Part shown: one piece after another, positions 1 to 15,150 of the stretch | Layout: every line of letters begins with the position of its first letter | How positions within the stretch are numbered: position 1 is the first letter of the stretch | Assembly: GCF_009914755.1 (NCBI RefSeq) | Contig: NC_060937.1 | Direction: 5' to 3' (one strand) | Length of the DNA stretch: 64,000 bases | Source: the human T2T-CHM13v2.0 reference genome, Homo sapiens | Translations under genes and position numbers: made by a program | Notes under the pieces: model-generated | What the model saw: the letters and a program-made list of their open reading frames with translations, nothing else | Databases searched by the model: none | Told to the model about the DNA's origin: nothing

Positions 1-290
1 CAGTAAACTATCACAAGGACAAAAAACCAAACACCGCCATGTTCTCACTCATAGGTGGGAATTGAACAATGAGAACACATGGACACAGGAAGGGGAACAT
101 CACACTCTGGGGTCTGTTGTGGGGTGGGGGGAGGGGGGAGGAATAGCATTAGGTGATATACCTAATGCTAAATGACGAGTTAATGGGTGCAGCACACCAG
201 CATGGCACATGTATACATATGTAACTAACCTGCACATTGTGCACATGTACCCTAAAACTTAAAAGTATAATAATAATGAAAAAAATAAAG
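1..290 (+). mobile_element. L1PA (about PA3-PA5) 3' UTR and A-tail, continuing off the left edge
   Basis: Canonical L1 3' end: G-rich tract, GATATACCTAATGCTAAATGACGAGTTAATGGGTGCAGCACACC, then CCTAAAACTTAAAAGTATAATAA. Confidence 0.92.
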
Positions 291-1235
291 AAATTATACA
301 GATGGCAAACAAGTATATAATGTTCAACATCACTAATTATTAGATAAATGTAAATAAAAGTGACACGGAATATCATTTTACCCCAGTTAGAATGGCTATC
401 ATTAAAAAGATAAAAGAATAGCAGGTGTTGGTGAGGATGTGGAAAAAAGGAACTCTTATAGATAGTTGCTGGGAATGTAAACTAGTATAACCACAATGGA
501 AAACACTATGGAGATTCCTCAAAAATCTAAAAACTGAACTACCATCCAATCCAGCAATCCCATTATGAGGTATTTTTTGAAAGGAAAAGAAACCAACATC
601 TCAAAGAGATACCTGCACTTGCCTGTTTATTATAGCACTATTCACGATAGCAAACATATATAATCAACGTTAAGTGTCTATCAACAGATGAATGGATAAA
701 GAATATGTGGTATATATTCACAATGGAGTATTATTTGGCCACAGAAAAGAATGAAATGTCATTTGCAGCAACATGGAGGAAACTGGAGGTCACTGTGTTA
801 AGTGAAATAAGCCAGATACAGAAAGACCAATATCCTGTGTTCTCACTCGTAAGTGGGAAATAAAAATATTGACCTCATGGAGTTAGAGTAGAATGATAGA
901 TACCAGAGGCTGGGAAGGGCATGCTGGTGGGAGGGGTTGATGAAGAGAGGTTAGTCAATAGGTACAAACAGTTATCTATACAGTTAGATAGAAGGTATAA
1001 ATTCTACTATTCAATAGCAAAGTAGGGTGACTATAGTTAGCAGCAATATATTACATAATTCAAAGTAGCTAGAAAAAAAGACTTAAAATGTTCCCAACAC
1101 ATAGAAATGATAAATACTGCTAGTGACGGATACCCCAAATACACTGATTTCATCATTACACACCTTACATACATAAGAAAATATCACATGAATCTCATAA
1201 ATATGTAAAATATTGTGTATCAATTTAAAAAACCA
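291..1235 (+). mobile_element. Older L1MA-type ORF2 end and 3' UTR
   Basis: CCCAGTTAGAATGGCTATCATTAAAAAG; AGAGTAGAATGATAGATACCAGAGGCTGGGAAGGG; L1MA-like terminus. Confidence 0.8.
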
Positions 1236-1567
1236 AAAAACTATTTTCTTATGATCATGTAAATAATACATACCCATGGTTAAAAGTTTGGAATTCACAG
1301 AAGAACATGATGAAAAAAATTAAAACTACCCATTAAACCACATCACCCATTAATGCCTTAAATTTTGATATATTTCCTTCTGATCTTCTGCCCATATTTT
1401 TACATGACATAATTCTATATTTTTTACTTAACAGAATCATTATCTTAAGTCATATTTATAAACATAATTTTCATGTCAATAATACTCGATTGTGTGAATG
1501 TAAAATTTATAACGCTTCTCTGTTAGATAACTAGTTTCTACTTTGTTTTCAAAATATGTAGTGATAA

Positions 1568-2298
<731 letters not shown>

Positions 2299-2927
2299 AG
2301 GCATAACTTTTTAAAAGGATATGCTGATTTACACGTCCTCAGTTAAATTCTAGTTTTTATCAATAGGTATTGAGATATTATTTCATAGTGGTTATTATTA
2401 GGGTATTTACATTTTTATGTTATTGTAAATAAATCATTATCTTCCAAATAGATCTTGAAAGAAAAGCTTTTGATCTTTATCATGTCACTTCAAACCCATT
2501 TTATTAAAGCCTTTTATTATAGCTTTCTTTGAGGAGTTTCAGTTATACAATCTTGTCACACAACACTTTTATTTCCTCATTTCTAACAGTTACTCCTTTT
2601 ATAATAATATTAAATCTTAAGGATAATTATATTGATCATGTTGTAATTGTAATGCTTCCAGAGTTTCATCATTAAAAATGATGTTTTTTGTTGTTTTCAG
2701 ATAAATAGTTACTTATTCATTTAGGGAATATTTATATTTATTGAGTACCACTAAAACCAGGGACATAATGGTAAGAGAAAAAATGAAAAAATTTCTACCT
2801 TCAAGAACTTTATATATAGCCTAATAAAAAACAGATATAAAAGCATCACAGGATAAATGTAAAACTATAACTGTGCTAAGTATACGAATGGATTAATAGT
2901 TCTGACATATAATGTATGTATATGTGC

Positions 2928-3319
2928 TGATATAATTTGGATACTTGTCCCCACCCAAATCTTACGCTGAATTGTAATCCCCAATGCCGGAGGTAGGGCC
3001 TGATAGGACGTGTTGGGTCATGGGGGCAGATCCCTCATGTCTTGGTGTTGTCTTTGTGATGTGACTTCTAGCAAGACCAGGCTGCTTAAATGTATGGCAC
3101 CTACCCTCCAACACTCTCTCTCACTCCTGTTCTTGCCATATGAGATACCTGCTCCCTCTCTGCCCTCTGCTGCGAATTAAAGCTCCCAGAAGCCAAACAG
3201 ATGTTGGCACCATGCTTCCTATAAACCCTGCAGAACTGTAAGTCAAGTAAACTTCTTTTTTTTATGAATTACCCAGTCTCAGGTATTTCTTTATAGCAAG
3301 GTAAGCATGGCCTAATACA
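2928..3319 (+). mobile_element. MST (MaLR) solo LTR
   Basis: TGATATAATTTGGATACTTGTCCCC...GGCCTAATACA termini; 5-bp TSD TGTGC at 2923-2927 and 3320-3324. Confidence 0.88.
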
Positions 3320-3385
3320 TGTGCTATACCCATACATGTATACATGTATGAAGAATCACATTATACACATATACGTGTGTGTGTA

Positions 3386-3957
3386 TGAAAGGGTTAACTC
3401 AAGAGGCTTGGGTTGCTCACACCTTGGATATTCCCAAGAAGGGTCTGTTTACATGACTGTCTCTTGACTGGGTCCTGATAATTAAGCTCTTGGAATGTTC
3501 TGATTGATAAAAGAGTGTTTTGCACAGTTAGGACCCTGAGCCATGCTGCAGCAGTTCCAGCAGTTTGTCTAAAGAGTTTATACAATCTGAGTTATAATAA
3601 ACATCTGCTTTTCCTCAGTCCGGAGATTCAGCCACTGATGGCAGGTACAGAGAGCCACTGTATGTCTACATGATGGATCGTCTCTCACAATCTTGAACTC
3701 AGGCTCAAGTAAGTGAGCTTCCCTGGTAGGAAGCACTTTGCCCACATTGTCATATATCACATTAAGCACACAACTCCACTAGGAGGGAACTCTTGGAAGC
3801 TTATACCTGGTTTACTCTGGACTTCACCCCTGCTGATTTTTTCACATCATTTTGCTCTACTAAGCCATAACCATGAATATAACAACTTCTGGGTCTTGCA
3901 AGTCCTTCTAGCAAATCACTGGATTAGAGGTTGGTCTCTGGGGATTCTCTTAACACA
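3386..3957 (+). mobile_element. MER77/MER21-group LTR
   Basis: Starts TGAAAGGGTTAACTCAAGAGGCTTGGGTTG; TAACCATGAATATAACAACTTCTG motif near the end; family from memory. Confidence 0.6.
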
Positions 3958-4638
3958 ACATGTAGATTTAAAAAACCATCTGGATTGTTAAGGAAAGTTT
4001 CTCTCAGAAAGGGCTATTTCAACCTAACTTTGAAAAAGGAATAGGAGTTAACTGGATAGAGAAAAAAAAAGTGCTTTCTAAGCATGAGACAAAGGATAGT
4101 AGTGAAAAGAACGTTTCACAGTCTAAGAAATGAAAGGTGACAGCAGCCATCTGCAGCCTCATAGGCCATACTGAAGACCACTTCTCTGCTTAAGCAAGAA
4201 AGGGTGATATGATCAAATGTTTTTCACAAAAATCACTTGGGCTGTAATACACACACCAGAACCTTTGGAGGCCGCTGCAAATTGTTTCGGCAGGACTTTC
4301 ATCATGTTAAGGTAGCACTTTTATATACACCTCAGATTTTAACCATGTATTTGGTGTCTTGTTGTTATTGTTCATGTGGTTATTCTGTTGTTATCTCTGA
4401 AGGTGGAAAAGACACTGAATGAGATTGAGTAGGTATTCTTGTGACAAAACAGAGACTATGAAGAAGGAGAAGGAAGCTGCAAGTGGGAGAGGAGATGGGT
4501 CTATAGTTTGACTTTCTCTTTTCACTGAGAACTGTTCCAAAATGCTGACATTTATCATCAGGCCTGCCGATACTTCATTTTATGTTAAGCCTTAAGTATA
4601 CTACAGGTTTTAGAACAAGGAATAGCATAAGCACTTAC

Positions 4639-4789
4639 CATTATAGAAGAATGTCGAATATCTAATACATAAGTATATTCCCAAATGTGTGAATTTAATT
4701 TTAAAAATTTGCTCATATCTTCCCCATTGATCCCAAGATTGCGAAGGCCATTCATCATTTTTCCTTCTAATTTCAGCATATCCAAAATA
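4639..4789 (-). CDS. UGGT2: UGGT2 coding exon 12 (151 nt): (S)ILDMLKLEGKMMNGLRNLGINGEDMSKFLKLNSHIWEYTYVLDIRHSSIM
   Basis: gaatatatag|TATTTTG...ATAATG|gtaagt; overlaps ORF 4585..4785; phase 2 to 0. Confidence 0.96.
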
Positions 4790-7105
4790 CTATATATTCA
4801 AAGAAAAAACAGTTTTATTTTGATTTTCCAAATTAAAAACAAATGTTTTAAAGTTTGATAGTCTTAAAGCATTAGAAATGAGATTTTTTGGTATCTTCAT
4901 TAATAGCAGGAAAAATATATTAAACTCATTAAGAAATAAGGCAAACAGTTCTAATTAGTTATCCAGAGTAAACTTACATAATTTTAGTGGTAGTAAAAAC
5001 TTATTATTATATAAAAGATAAAACAACAAAGACTATTGTATTCTTTATCAAAGTAGTGAGGATATGATCAGCCCTGAGAAAGCCAAAAATGAGAAAAAAA
5101 ATATTAGGTCACTCTTTTGACAAACCTACTACAAAAATAATGTAAGATCGAACAAGACATAAAGTATAAAATTCTAATACAGAGGAAGCTCCATTAAATC
5201 ATGAAGTTCACGTGTGTTTGAATACAAATTTAAATTTTTTATTACATATAATTTGAAAGTTCTTAAACATAATAGAAAGTATTACTGTAAACAACAACAT
5301 CAACAATAACCCCATTGACAACAAATTGGGGAATCTAAATGTTTAAACTACTCTTCATCAAGTCTGTGGCTGAGGCGACTATTCAGAGGCAAAAATATAA
5401 AAGGGACTCTTTAATGGGCTAGAACAGAATGTTTTAATGTAGATATATAAGACCCTGCTTATGGACTTCATCAGTCCTACTTGCCTTTCTCCCCAGTCAA
5501 AGTCACATGTTCTTACTGTCTCAGTCTCCCTGGGGGTGAGATGTAGGCCTTTATAGAACCAATGCTGATCTAATCCTAACCCATGGAGGCTCTGGCTCCT
5601 CCCGCTACTCTCAGGATCAGAGCAAGAAGGGCTGGGCCATGTATGGGGCATGTTATTGGTTCTCCACAACCCAGTAATGCAATGACTGAAAGGAGATAGG
5701 AAGGGAGCACAAAATAAATCCTTTACTCCTGTTCTTTCCCCACATGGACGATTCCAAAGTATTGGCTGCATAAAACCTCTCTATATATAATGTCTCTGTA
5801 ATATGACATTTTACTTCCATTTCCTTATTTTCTTCCATTCATCTTCCTCTTTGCATTAATTTTATTCCACATCCTCTGAAGACACAAATATTCTCACATT
5901 TTGTCTCTTCCTCTTTTAAGAGAATCATGGTAGCACTAAGCAGTGATCAAATCAATGAGGAATAACAATGTAGCACACATCCTGCAAATCACTAATGACC
6001 AGGTGTAGGAGCTGGGGGGTTTTATTTTTTTAATAACCTACAGCCTTCCTAAATTATACGTGAAAATATTCCTGCCATAAAAATTTCCTCATACACTACC
6101 TTAGAAAACTTTCTAAAATCTACATACCATTTCACTACTTCCTTTAAACCTGTTTTCACTGCTGCTGGGCACATATATAATTTTTGTTCCCCTGAAATTT
6201 ACAGGCTAGCATTTACAAACTTCTCTACTCTTTCTATGTGTATTATATGTATCTATCTTATTATTTTTACAATACTAGGTCCAAGAATTCAAGTAACTAA
6301 AGAGAAAAGCCCCATTTGAGATAAAACTGTAAAAAATGTTCAGTAAAACTACTTCTCAGTCTTTCCAATATATTTTCCAACGTATTTCCAAACTGGTAAG
6401 AATTTAAATAAACAATTCAAATAATTTCACTTCAACAAAAGTATATTCAATTGAATTAAAACTGAACATCTGAATTAAAGTATCATGTATCCTAAGTTCA
6501 TCTAATGTTTCAAATATTAATTTTAATGTAGTTTTATGTTTCTCTATAAAAGTAACTCTTCTGTTTGGCCCACAACTGTAATTTTGGGTGAGTGACCATT
6601 GATAAAGCAAGGACTTCCTAATTCTGTCCTGTTCAAAATTCTGAGCAAAAAAATTTTGAAGAATTTTTTTTTTTTTTTTGACAAGAAACCAGATAGCATC
6701 CAGCATTCAAATACAAGCATTTTAAATTCCTCTTGTCAATTTCTGTCTTCTGGGGAAATACCCCATGTTGACTTCAGTCCTTATCTGGTATCTGGTTGTT
6801 CAGTCCAGTTCCAAATAACTTCTCTGCAAATCATCAATCTACTCTTCAATAAAAGACAGTTTAGAATAACAAAGTAATTATAGGTCTAACCCTCATCCAA
6901 ACAAATATCTTGACTGTTTCTCCCAGTTCTGATATTCTAAGACACTTTGGGCTTGCCCATTTTGGTAGAAGAAAGCTGTTTTGTACAATCAAAAACATGT
7001 ATTTATCTTTAAAGTGATCTTCATATTTTGACTTACACTAAATTCAAGACAATGTTTATTTTTATATAAACCATAGTTCATTTACAGCAATAATTTAATA
7101 CTTAC

Positions 7106-7197
7106 CTAAAAGCGTCATAAACATCCATATCAACACGAAGGCCATTTATAAATAGACGAGCATCGCCTGGCTGAATTTTAAATCTAACTTGAAGATC
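7106..7197 (-). CDS. UGGT2: UGGT2 coding exon 11 (92 nt): DLQVRFKIQPGDARLFINGLRVDMDVYDAF(S)
   Basis: ctctacttcaag|GATCTT...TTTTAG|gtaagt (AAG acceptor); LFING motif; phase 0 to 2. Confidence 0.96.
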
Positions 7198-7252
7198 CTT
7201 GAAGTAGAGCAAAGCAATAGTTAACCAGTGATAGAACAATAGTGACCTATAT

Positions 7253-7809
<557 letters not shown>

Positions 7810-8259
7810 TCTCAGTGATGGGGGGAATCTTAAGATAGATTAGAGATAAAATTCAATACCTGAATATTCTGATTTTACAATACATGATATTACAGTTCTA
7901 ATGTTACAATAATTACTTATCTACATTTCATATAGTGTGTGTATGTGTACATATACAATTTGCTAGTTGGCACATTCCTATTTCTTGAGGCAATGATATG
8001 CCAAAAGTAAAACTTTGATTTATGTGTAAATATTTGGAGCTCACTCTAAATTCATAAAAGTTTCCATTAAAGCTATATTTGATTTTTCACTGTCTTTCAT
8101 TCAGTAAACATTTCCTGAGTGCCTGCTATGTTCTAGAAACATCTCCAGGCGCTAGAACAGTTAACAAAAGTAAAAAGGGGGATGTTCTTGTCACTAAAGC
8201 AAAGTAGTCAAGATCACAGTGTAAGTATCCAGTACGGTTGTCAAGATCACAGTGTGAAG

Positions 8260-8460
8260 ATCATGCTTGGTTTAATCCTGATCTTTCTACTTATTAGCTG
8301 TTAAGATTTGGGCAAGTTCAAATCACTTTCATAATCCTCAGTTTCCTCATCTATAAAATGGGAATAATTATATCTATCTCACATGTTTGCTATAGTTTAA
8401 ATGTAATATACATCTATGTCTTGTCACCTATAAAGTGCTCACAAATGAAAGCTGTTATTA
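8260..8460 (+). mobile_element. MIR SINE
   Basis: Core TTGGGCAAGTT...CCTCAGTTTCCTCATCTATAAAATGGGAATAAT. Confidence 0.75.
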
Positions 8461-9325
8461 TCAGGGTAGGCAAATATATTTAGGAGGAAAAACAACCAGT
8501 GTATTTCAACATCATATGATAAGTCACATAATAGGGACTTGTGTGAACTACTCTGTAAAGGCAGAGGAAGCAACTAACTTGAAGAGATTCAGAGAAAGCT
8601 TGACAATGGTGAATTTTTCTGTACGATTATCACTCAACAGATGAGCTACACACAGAGGAGGGAGAAGAACTTAAAGTATTTCTACTTGTTTTATACAGAA
8701 TACTGGCAAAAGATTAAACCCTGATATGAAAAGGTTCAGAGGTAAAATTTTTATTTGTCTTTAGCTACTTTAGATGTGCCTATCAAAGTTAATTAAGAAA
8801 TCCATATTCCAACTTCAAAATCTACAGATGCCTAGTGAATTTATATTTCCTGCTGTTTTCCCCCAATCTGGCATCGAAACTTCACACACCCTGATTGAAG
8901 CTTTCTCCAGCACCTCATACATTCGTTTTAGTGGAGCTCAATTGTAAGTACAAAGTACACCAAGCATGCAGATCCATATTAAATTGCTAAATCCCTCAAG
9001 ACTGTTTATGTCAGGCCCAGGGCCTTGAACAATAATGCTCAGAAAACAGGTAACAGACTGAACTCAGCAAGTCTGCTTGCTCAAACACTGTCAGAGAGAA
9101 GAGGTTTGCCTATCAGAGATAAGTAATTACAAATTCTTCTCTTTCCTCTGCCCCAGAGAGTTAGCCTTAAGTCCTGAAAAACTAGTGTATATTTGAGTAT
9201 GTAATTTAAGGTGGCCTTTCTTAAATGAGGAGTAAGAATTCAATTTCTAGCAACATGATGAACCAAAGATCCAAACATTTTCTTACTAAAAGTATCAAAA
9301 TGCTAGATTTAAATATTAATAATGA

Positions 9326-9613
9326 GACTGGGTGCGGTGGCTCACACCTGTTATCCCAGCACTTTGGGAGGCTGAGGCTGGTGGATCACTTGAGGTCAGG
9401 AGTATGAGACCAGCCTGTCCAACATGGTGAAACCCTGTTTCTATCAAAAATAGAAAAATTAGCTGGGTGTGGTGGTGCATGCCTGTAGTCCCAGTACTCG
9501 GGAGGCTGAGGCAAGAGAATCGCTTCATCCCAGGAGGTGGAGGTTGCAGTGAGCTGAGATCGCACCACTGCACTCCATCCTGGATGATAGAGCGATACTC
9601 TGTCTCAAAAAAA
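9326..9613 (+). mobile_element. AluS element (Sx/Sz-like)
   Basis: Full Alu; degenerate TSD TAAATAT(T/G)AA(T/A)AATG. Confidence 0.9.
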
Positions 9614-10329
9614 TAAATATGAAAAATGTCCCCTAAATGCGGCTCTGAGTTGAAGAAAGTATTCACCTAAGGACAGAGAGGAAGTAGGAATATGAATATA
9701 GAGATGTAAATAAACACTAAAGACCTTGCCTGGAGGAAATTTAGAGCTTCCTAGATGACCTAGGATTTGGGTTTTTAAGGGCCAATCTCAGAAGAACAAG
9801 AAATTTAAATCCAGGACCCACATCCAGATATCCTTATGCACACATAAAGTGCTACACTTATGGTGAAAAGGTGAATTAGAAAACAAAATGCTCTGCAGTA
9901 ACAGCATAGAAATTTGTCTACCTCACCTTGGTTCTTGGTGGAGGAAGAGTAAGTCTCCCAAATGAATTCATGGCCTCTAGCTTATTTTCATATGGGTTTG
10001 GAGCTGGATTTCATACTATATTTATAGTCCAAAAAACTTAGATTTTTGTATTTAAAGTGCAATTAAACTAGCAGCCCTCTTAGGCTTGAGCAGAAATAAA
10101 TGCAAATCCTAATGAAGAAATATAAGCTCATTTTTCCTTAAAGAAGAGGGAACCCATTTATTCTAATATGTCTCTTTAATAACCAATGGAGCTGAGCTAT
10201 TACCTGAAGCTAAAGAAATTCCAATTGATTGGATCTCAGAAGACTGGTTGAGATTTACAATGTTAAAATGGTTTATAAACATGTTTGGGTGTTCCTAAGG
10301 TGAAATGATACACACTCTGAAATTTAAAT

Positions 10330-13260
10330 TTTTCTTAAAAATTTTATTTTTAATTTTCACGGGTACATAATAGTTGTACACATTTATGGAGATCTTGTGA
10401 TATTTTGATAGAAGCATATAATGTGTAATGATCAAAGCAGGGTAATTGGGATATCCATCATCTCAAATATTTACCATTTCTTAATGTAGGGGACATTCCA
10501 AATCCACTCTTCCAGTTAAAGTATACAATAAATTAATGTTAAGCATAATCACCCTATTATGCTAATGAATAGATCTTATTCCTGACTGTATTTTTGCACC
10601 CATTAACCAACCCCTCCTCATTTTCCCCAGCCTCCAATAACCATCGTTCTACTCTCTACCTCCATGAGATCAGTGTTTTTAGCTCTCACATATGAGTAAT
10701 AACTTGTAGTATGTCTTTCTGTGTATGGCTTATTTCACTTAACATAATGTCCTCTATTGTTGCTAAAGATGACAGGATTTCTTTTTTATGACTAAATAAT
10801 ATTCCATTGTGTCTATGTACCAAATTTCCTTTATCCACCCATCCATTAATGGACACCTAGCTTGAATCCATATTTTAGCTATTGTGAATAGTGTTTTAAT
10901 AAACATGGCAGTGCAGATATCTCTTTGATATACTAATTTCCTTACTTTTGGGTATATATCCAGCAGTGGGATTCCTGGATCATATGGTAATTCTATTTTT
11001 CATTTTTTTTGTGAACCTCTATACTACTGTTTTCCATTGTGGCTTTACTAATGTACATTCCCACCAACAGTGCACAAGGGTTCCCCTTTCTCTGTATCCT
11101 TCCCAGAATCTGTTATTTTTTTTGTTTTAGAAAAAAGCCATTTTCCATACTGTCCAAAGTAATTTATGGATTCAATGCTATTCCCATCAAGCTACCATCA
11201 ACTTTCTTCACAGAATTAGAAAAAACTACTTTAAATTTCATATGGAACCAGAAAAGAGCCCGTATAGCCAAGACAATCCAAAGCAAAAACAACATAGCTG
11301 GAGGCATCACGCTGACTTCAAACTATACTACAAGGCTACAGTAACTAAAACCGCATGGTACTGGTACCAAAACAGATACATAGATCAAAGGAAGAAAACA
11401 GAGGTCTCAGAAACAACACCACACATCTACAACCATCTGATCTTCGACAAACCTGACAAAAACAAGCAATGAGGAAAGGATTCCCTATTTAATAAATGGT
11501 GCTAGGAAAACTGGCTAGCCATATGCAGAAAACAGAAACTGGACCCCTTCCTTACACCTTATACAAAAACTAACTCAAGATAGATTAAAGACTTACATGT
11601 AAAACCTAAAACCATAAAAATCCTAGAAGAAAACCTAGGCAATATCATTCAGGACACAGGCATGGGCAAAGACTTCATGACTAAAATACCAAAAAGCAAT
11701 TCCAACAAAAGCCAAAATTGACTAATGGGATCTAATCAAACTACAGAGCTTCTGCACAGCAAAAGAAACTATCATCAGAGTGAACAGGCAACCTACAGAA
11801 TGGGAGAAAGTCTTTGCAATCTACCCATCTGACAAAGGTCTAATATCCAGAATCTACAAGGAACTTAAACAAATTTACAAGAAAAAACAAACAACTCCAT
11901 CAGAAAGTGGGCGAAGGATATGAACAGACACTTCTCAAAAGAGGACATCTATGCAGCCAACAAACATAAGAAAAAAAGTTCATTATCACTAGAGAAATGC
12001 AAATCAAAACCACAATGAGATACCATCTCATGCCAGTTAGAATGGTGATCATTAAAAAGTCAGGAAACAACAGATGCTGGAGAGGATGTGGAGAAACAGG
12101 AATGCTTTTACACTATTGATGGGAATTTAAATTAGTTAAACCATTGTAGAAGACAGTGTCGATTCCTCAAGAATCTAGAACCAGAAATACCATTTGACCC
12201 AGCAGTCCCATTAGTGGGTATATACCCAAAGGATTATAAATCATTCTACCATAAAGACAAATGCACACGTATGTTTATTGCAGCATTATTTACAACAGCA
12301 AAGACTTGGAACCAACCCAAATGCTCATCAATGATAGACTGGATAAAGAAAATGTGGCACATGTACACCATGGAATACTATGCAGTCATAGAAAAGAATG
12401 AGTTCATGTCCTTTGCAGGGACATGGATGAAGCTAGAAGCCATCATTCTCAGCAAACTAACATAGGAACAGAAAGTGAAACACTGCATGTTCTCACTCAT
12501 AAGTGGGAGATGAACAATGAGAACACATGGACACATGTGGCCTGCCAGGGGGTAGGGGGCAAGGGGAGAGAGAGCATTAGGACAAATACCTTAAGTATGC
12601 AGGGCTCAAAACCTAGATAATGGGTTGATAGGGGCAGCAAACCACCATGGCACAAGTGTACCTACGTAACAAACCCGCATGTTCTGCATATGTATCCCAG
12701 AACTTAAAGTAAAATTAAAATTAAAAAAAGAGCAAACTTACAAAAAAGAAAAAAGTCATTTTAACACGTGAGACACTATCTCATTGTGGTTTTGATTTGC
12801 ATTTCCCTGACGATTAGTGATGGTGAGCATCACTGTTGGCCATCTGTATGCCTTCTTTTGAGAAATGCCTATTCAAATTTTTTGCCTATTTTAAAATTAG
12901 ATTATTCATTGTTTTGCTGTTGTTTGAGCTCCTTATATATTCTGGTTATCAATCCCTTGACTGTTGAATAATCTGAAAATACTCTGTCCCATTCTGTAGA
13001 TTTTCTCTTCACTTTGTTGACTGCTTCCTTCTCTGTACAGAACATTTTTATCTTGATATGATCCCATTTGTCCAAATTGCTTTGGTTGCCTGTGCTTTTC
13101 AGTTCTTACTCAAGAAATCTTTGCATAGACCAATGTCCTAAAGCATTTCCCCAATGTTTTCTTCTAGCAGTTTCACAGTTTCAGGTCTCACATTTAAGTC
13201 TTTAACCCCTATTGATTTGATTTTCGTATATGGTGAGAGATGGGGGTCTAGTTTCATTCT
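10330..13260 (-). mobile_element. L1MA-type 3' fragment (sense to UGGT2), interrupted by a younger L1 at 11145-12746
   Basis: Reverse L1MA 3' UTR at 10330-11128 resumes with CTCATTGTGGTTTTGATTTGCATTTCCC after 12763. Confidence 0.8.
11145..12746 (+). mobile_element. 5'-truncated L1PA8-PA10-type LINE (1.6 kb)
   Basis: ORF2 C-terminal peptides in the ORF track plus 3' UTR; 16-bp TSD AGAAAAAAG(C/T)CATTTT at 11129-11144 and 12747-12762. Confidence 0.9.
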
Positions 13261-14074
13261 TTACGATTAAAATTTGAAGTCAAATCAGATATAAATCTTA
13301 ATAGAAATGTTGTCATTTTCAGAATAAGGAATAAGACAAGATAAGACTTAAAAAGTATGATTTACAGATGTAGTTTTGAGAGATGATGTTCTAATATAGG
13401 TAATGTCTCCAGAACTCTGTATAATTCTCACACAAAGTAGTTAGAAATAATTAGAAGCAACATCAACTTTTATTTGGGTAAGGTGCAATCCTTTATTTGA
13501 ATATCTGCATTTTAGTTAATTCAAGTATCTGCATTTGGTTCATTAAGCAATTATGTAATTGAAATTATTTGTTCCACTCTGCTGAATCATAAAAAGTTAC
13601 CTGACCACCTGATCATATCCTCATTTTATTTTGAAGCAAATAAAAAATGTCATGGACTATAACAATTCTTGCAATAAACAACAAAGACGTATGTTGGGTT
13701 GACAATTTAAAATCACCAAAAGCAGATTCTGGCCACTCACAGCAAATTAACAACAATTATGAACTTCCAAAGGAAATTTGCTGTACTTTGGAGTTAAAGC
13801 AGTTGTCTCCTAAATAAAACCAAACTCAAATTCAGTTATACAACTTGAGCATAGTCATAGTTTTTGAATAATCTTTGCTTGAGTCCCAAGTCAAAAACTA
13901 TATAAAAAGCTACACTAGAAGAATTATGCCAATCCTGGCACCCTTCACCCGTTTCATCCCTGGCTCTTATAGGCAAAATTTTCTCCCAAAGTTTCTTCTC
14001 CATCCTCTAGTATTTCTTCATGCAAAAACTAGAATAGGTAAATATATATTCTCATTTCCCCTGGTCTCTTACGC

Positions 14075-14105
<31 letters not shown>

Positions 14106-14234
14106 GACTTGCTTACAGAATGCCCTGCCAACTTTTTGAAATCTTTCTTTCTCAGTTTAATTCTGATCTGTATTCTTCTTATTATGAGTAAGGAAAGATT
14201 GTTATTATGTATTTAAAGACCTTAAATTAAAAAG

Positions 14235-15150
14235 GACAGCAGAGTTAGCAGACAGCCCAGAGTGGGAGAAAATCTTCACAATCTACACATCCGAAAAAGG
14301 ACTAATATCCAGAATCTACACAGAACTCAAATCAGCAAGAAAAAAAAATCCCATCAAAAAGTGGGCTAAGAACATGAATTAGACAATTCTCAAAAGAAGA
14401 TATACAAGTGGGCAACAAGCATATGGAAAAATGCTCAACATCACTAAGTATCAGAGAAATGCAAATCAAAACCACAATGCAATACCACCTCACTCCTACA
14501 AGAATGGGTATAATTTAAAAAACCAAAAAGTAACAGATGTTGGCACGGATGTGGTGAAAAGGGAACACTTTTACAATGTTGGTGGGAATGTAAACTAGTA
14601 CAATCACTATGGAAAACAATGTGGAGATTCGTAAAAGCAGATCTACCATTTGATCTAGCAATCCCACTACTAGGTAACTGCCCAGAGGGGTGGGGGGGAA
14701 GTCATTATATGAAAAAGATACTTGCATATGCATGTTTATAGCAGAACAATATGCAATTGCAAAAATATGGAATCAGCCCAAATACCCTATACATACCACG
14801 GAATACTACTCAGCCATAAAAAGGAATGAAATGGCATTTGTGCAACCTGGATGGAATCGAAGACTATCATTCTAACTGAAGTAACTCAGGAATGGAAAAC
14901 CAAACATCATATGTTCTCACTCATATGTGGGAGCTAAGCTTTGAGGATGCAAAGACATAAGAATGATACATTGGACTTTGGGGACTCGGGGGAAAGGGCG
15001 GGGGGTGGCAAGAGATCAAAGACTACACATTGGGTACCAGGTACACTGTTCAGGTGATGGGTGCACCAAAATCTCAGAAATCACCACTAAATAACTTATT
15101 GATGTAACTAAACACCATCTGTTCCCAAAAAACCTACTGAAATTAAAACA
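14235..15150 (+). mobile_element. L1PB-type 3' fragment
   Basis: GGGAGCTAAGCTTTGAGGATGCAAAG; GGGTGCACCAAAATCTCAGAAATCACCACTAAA terminus. Confidence 0.85.

Noticed and set aside
13502-13547. Imperfect tandem repeat starting TATCTGCATTT
   Set aside because: Two degenerate copies only; ordinary slippage.
14076-14101. Long A run without an upstream SINE
   Set aside because: No TSD or retrocopy body visible; likely an expanded homopolymer in old L1-derived DNA.
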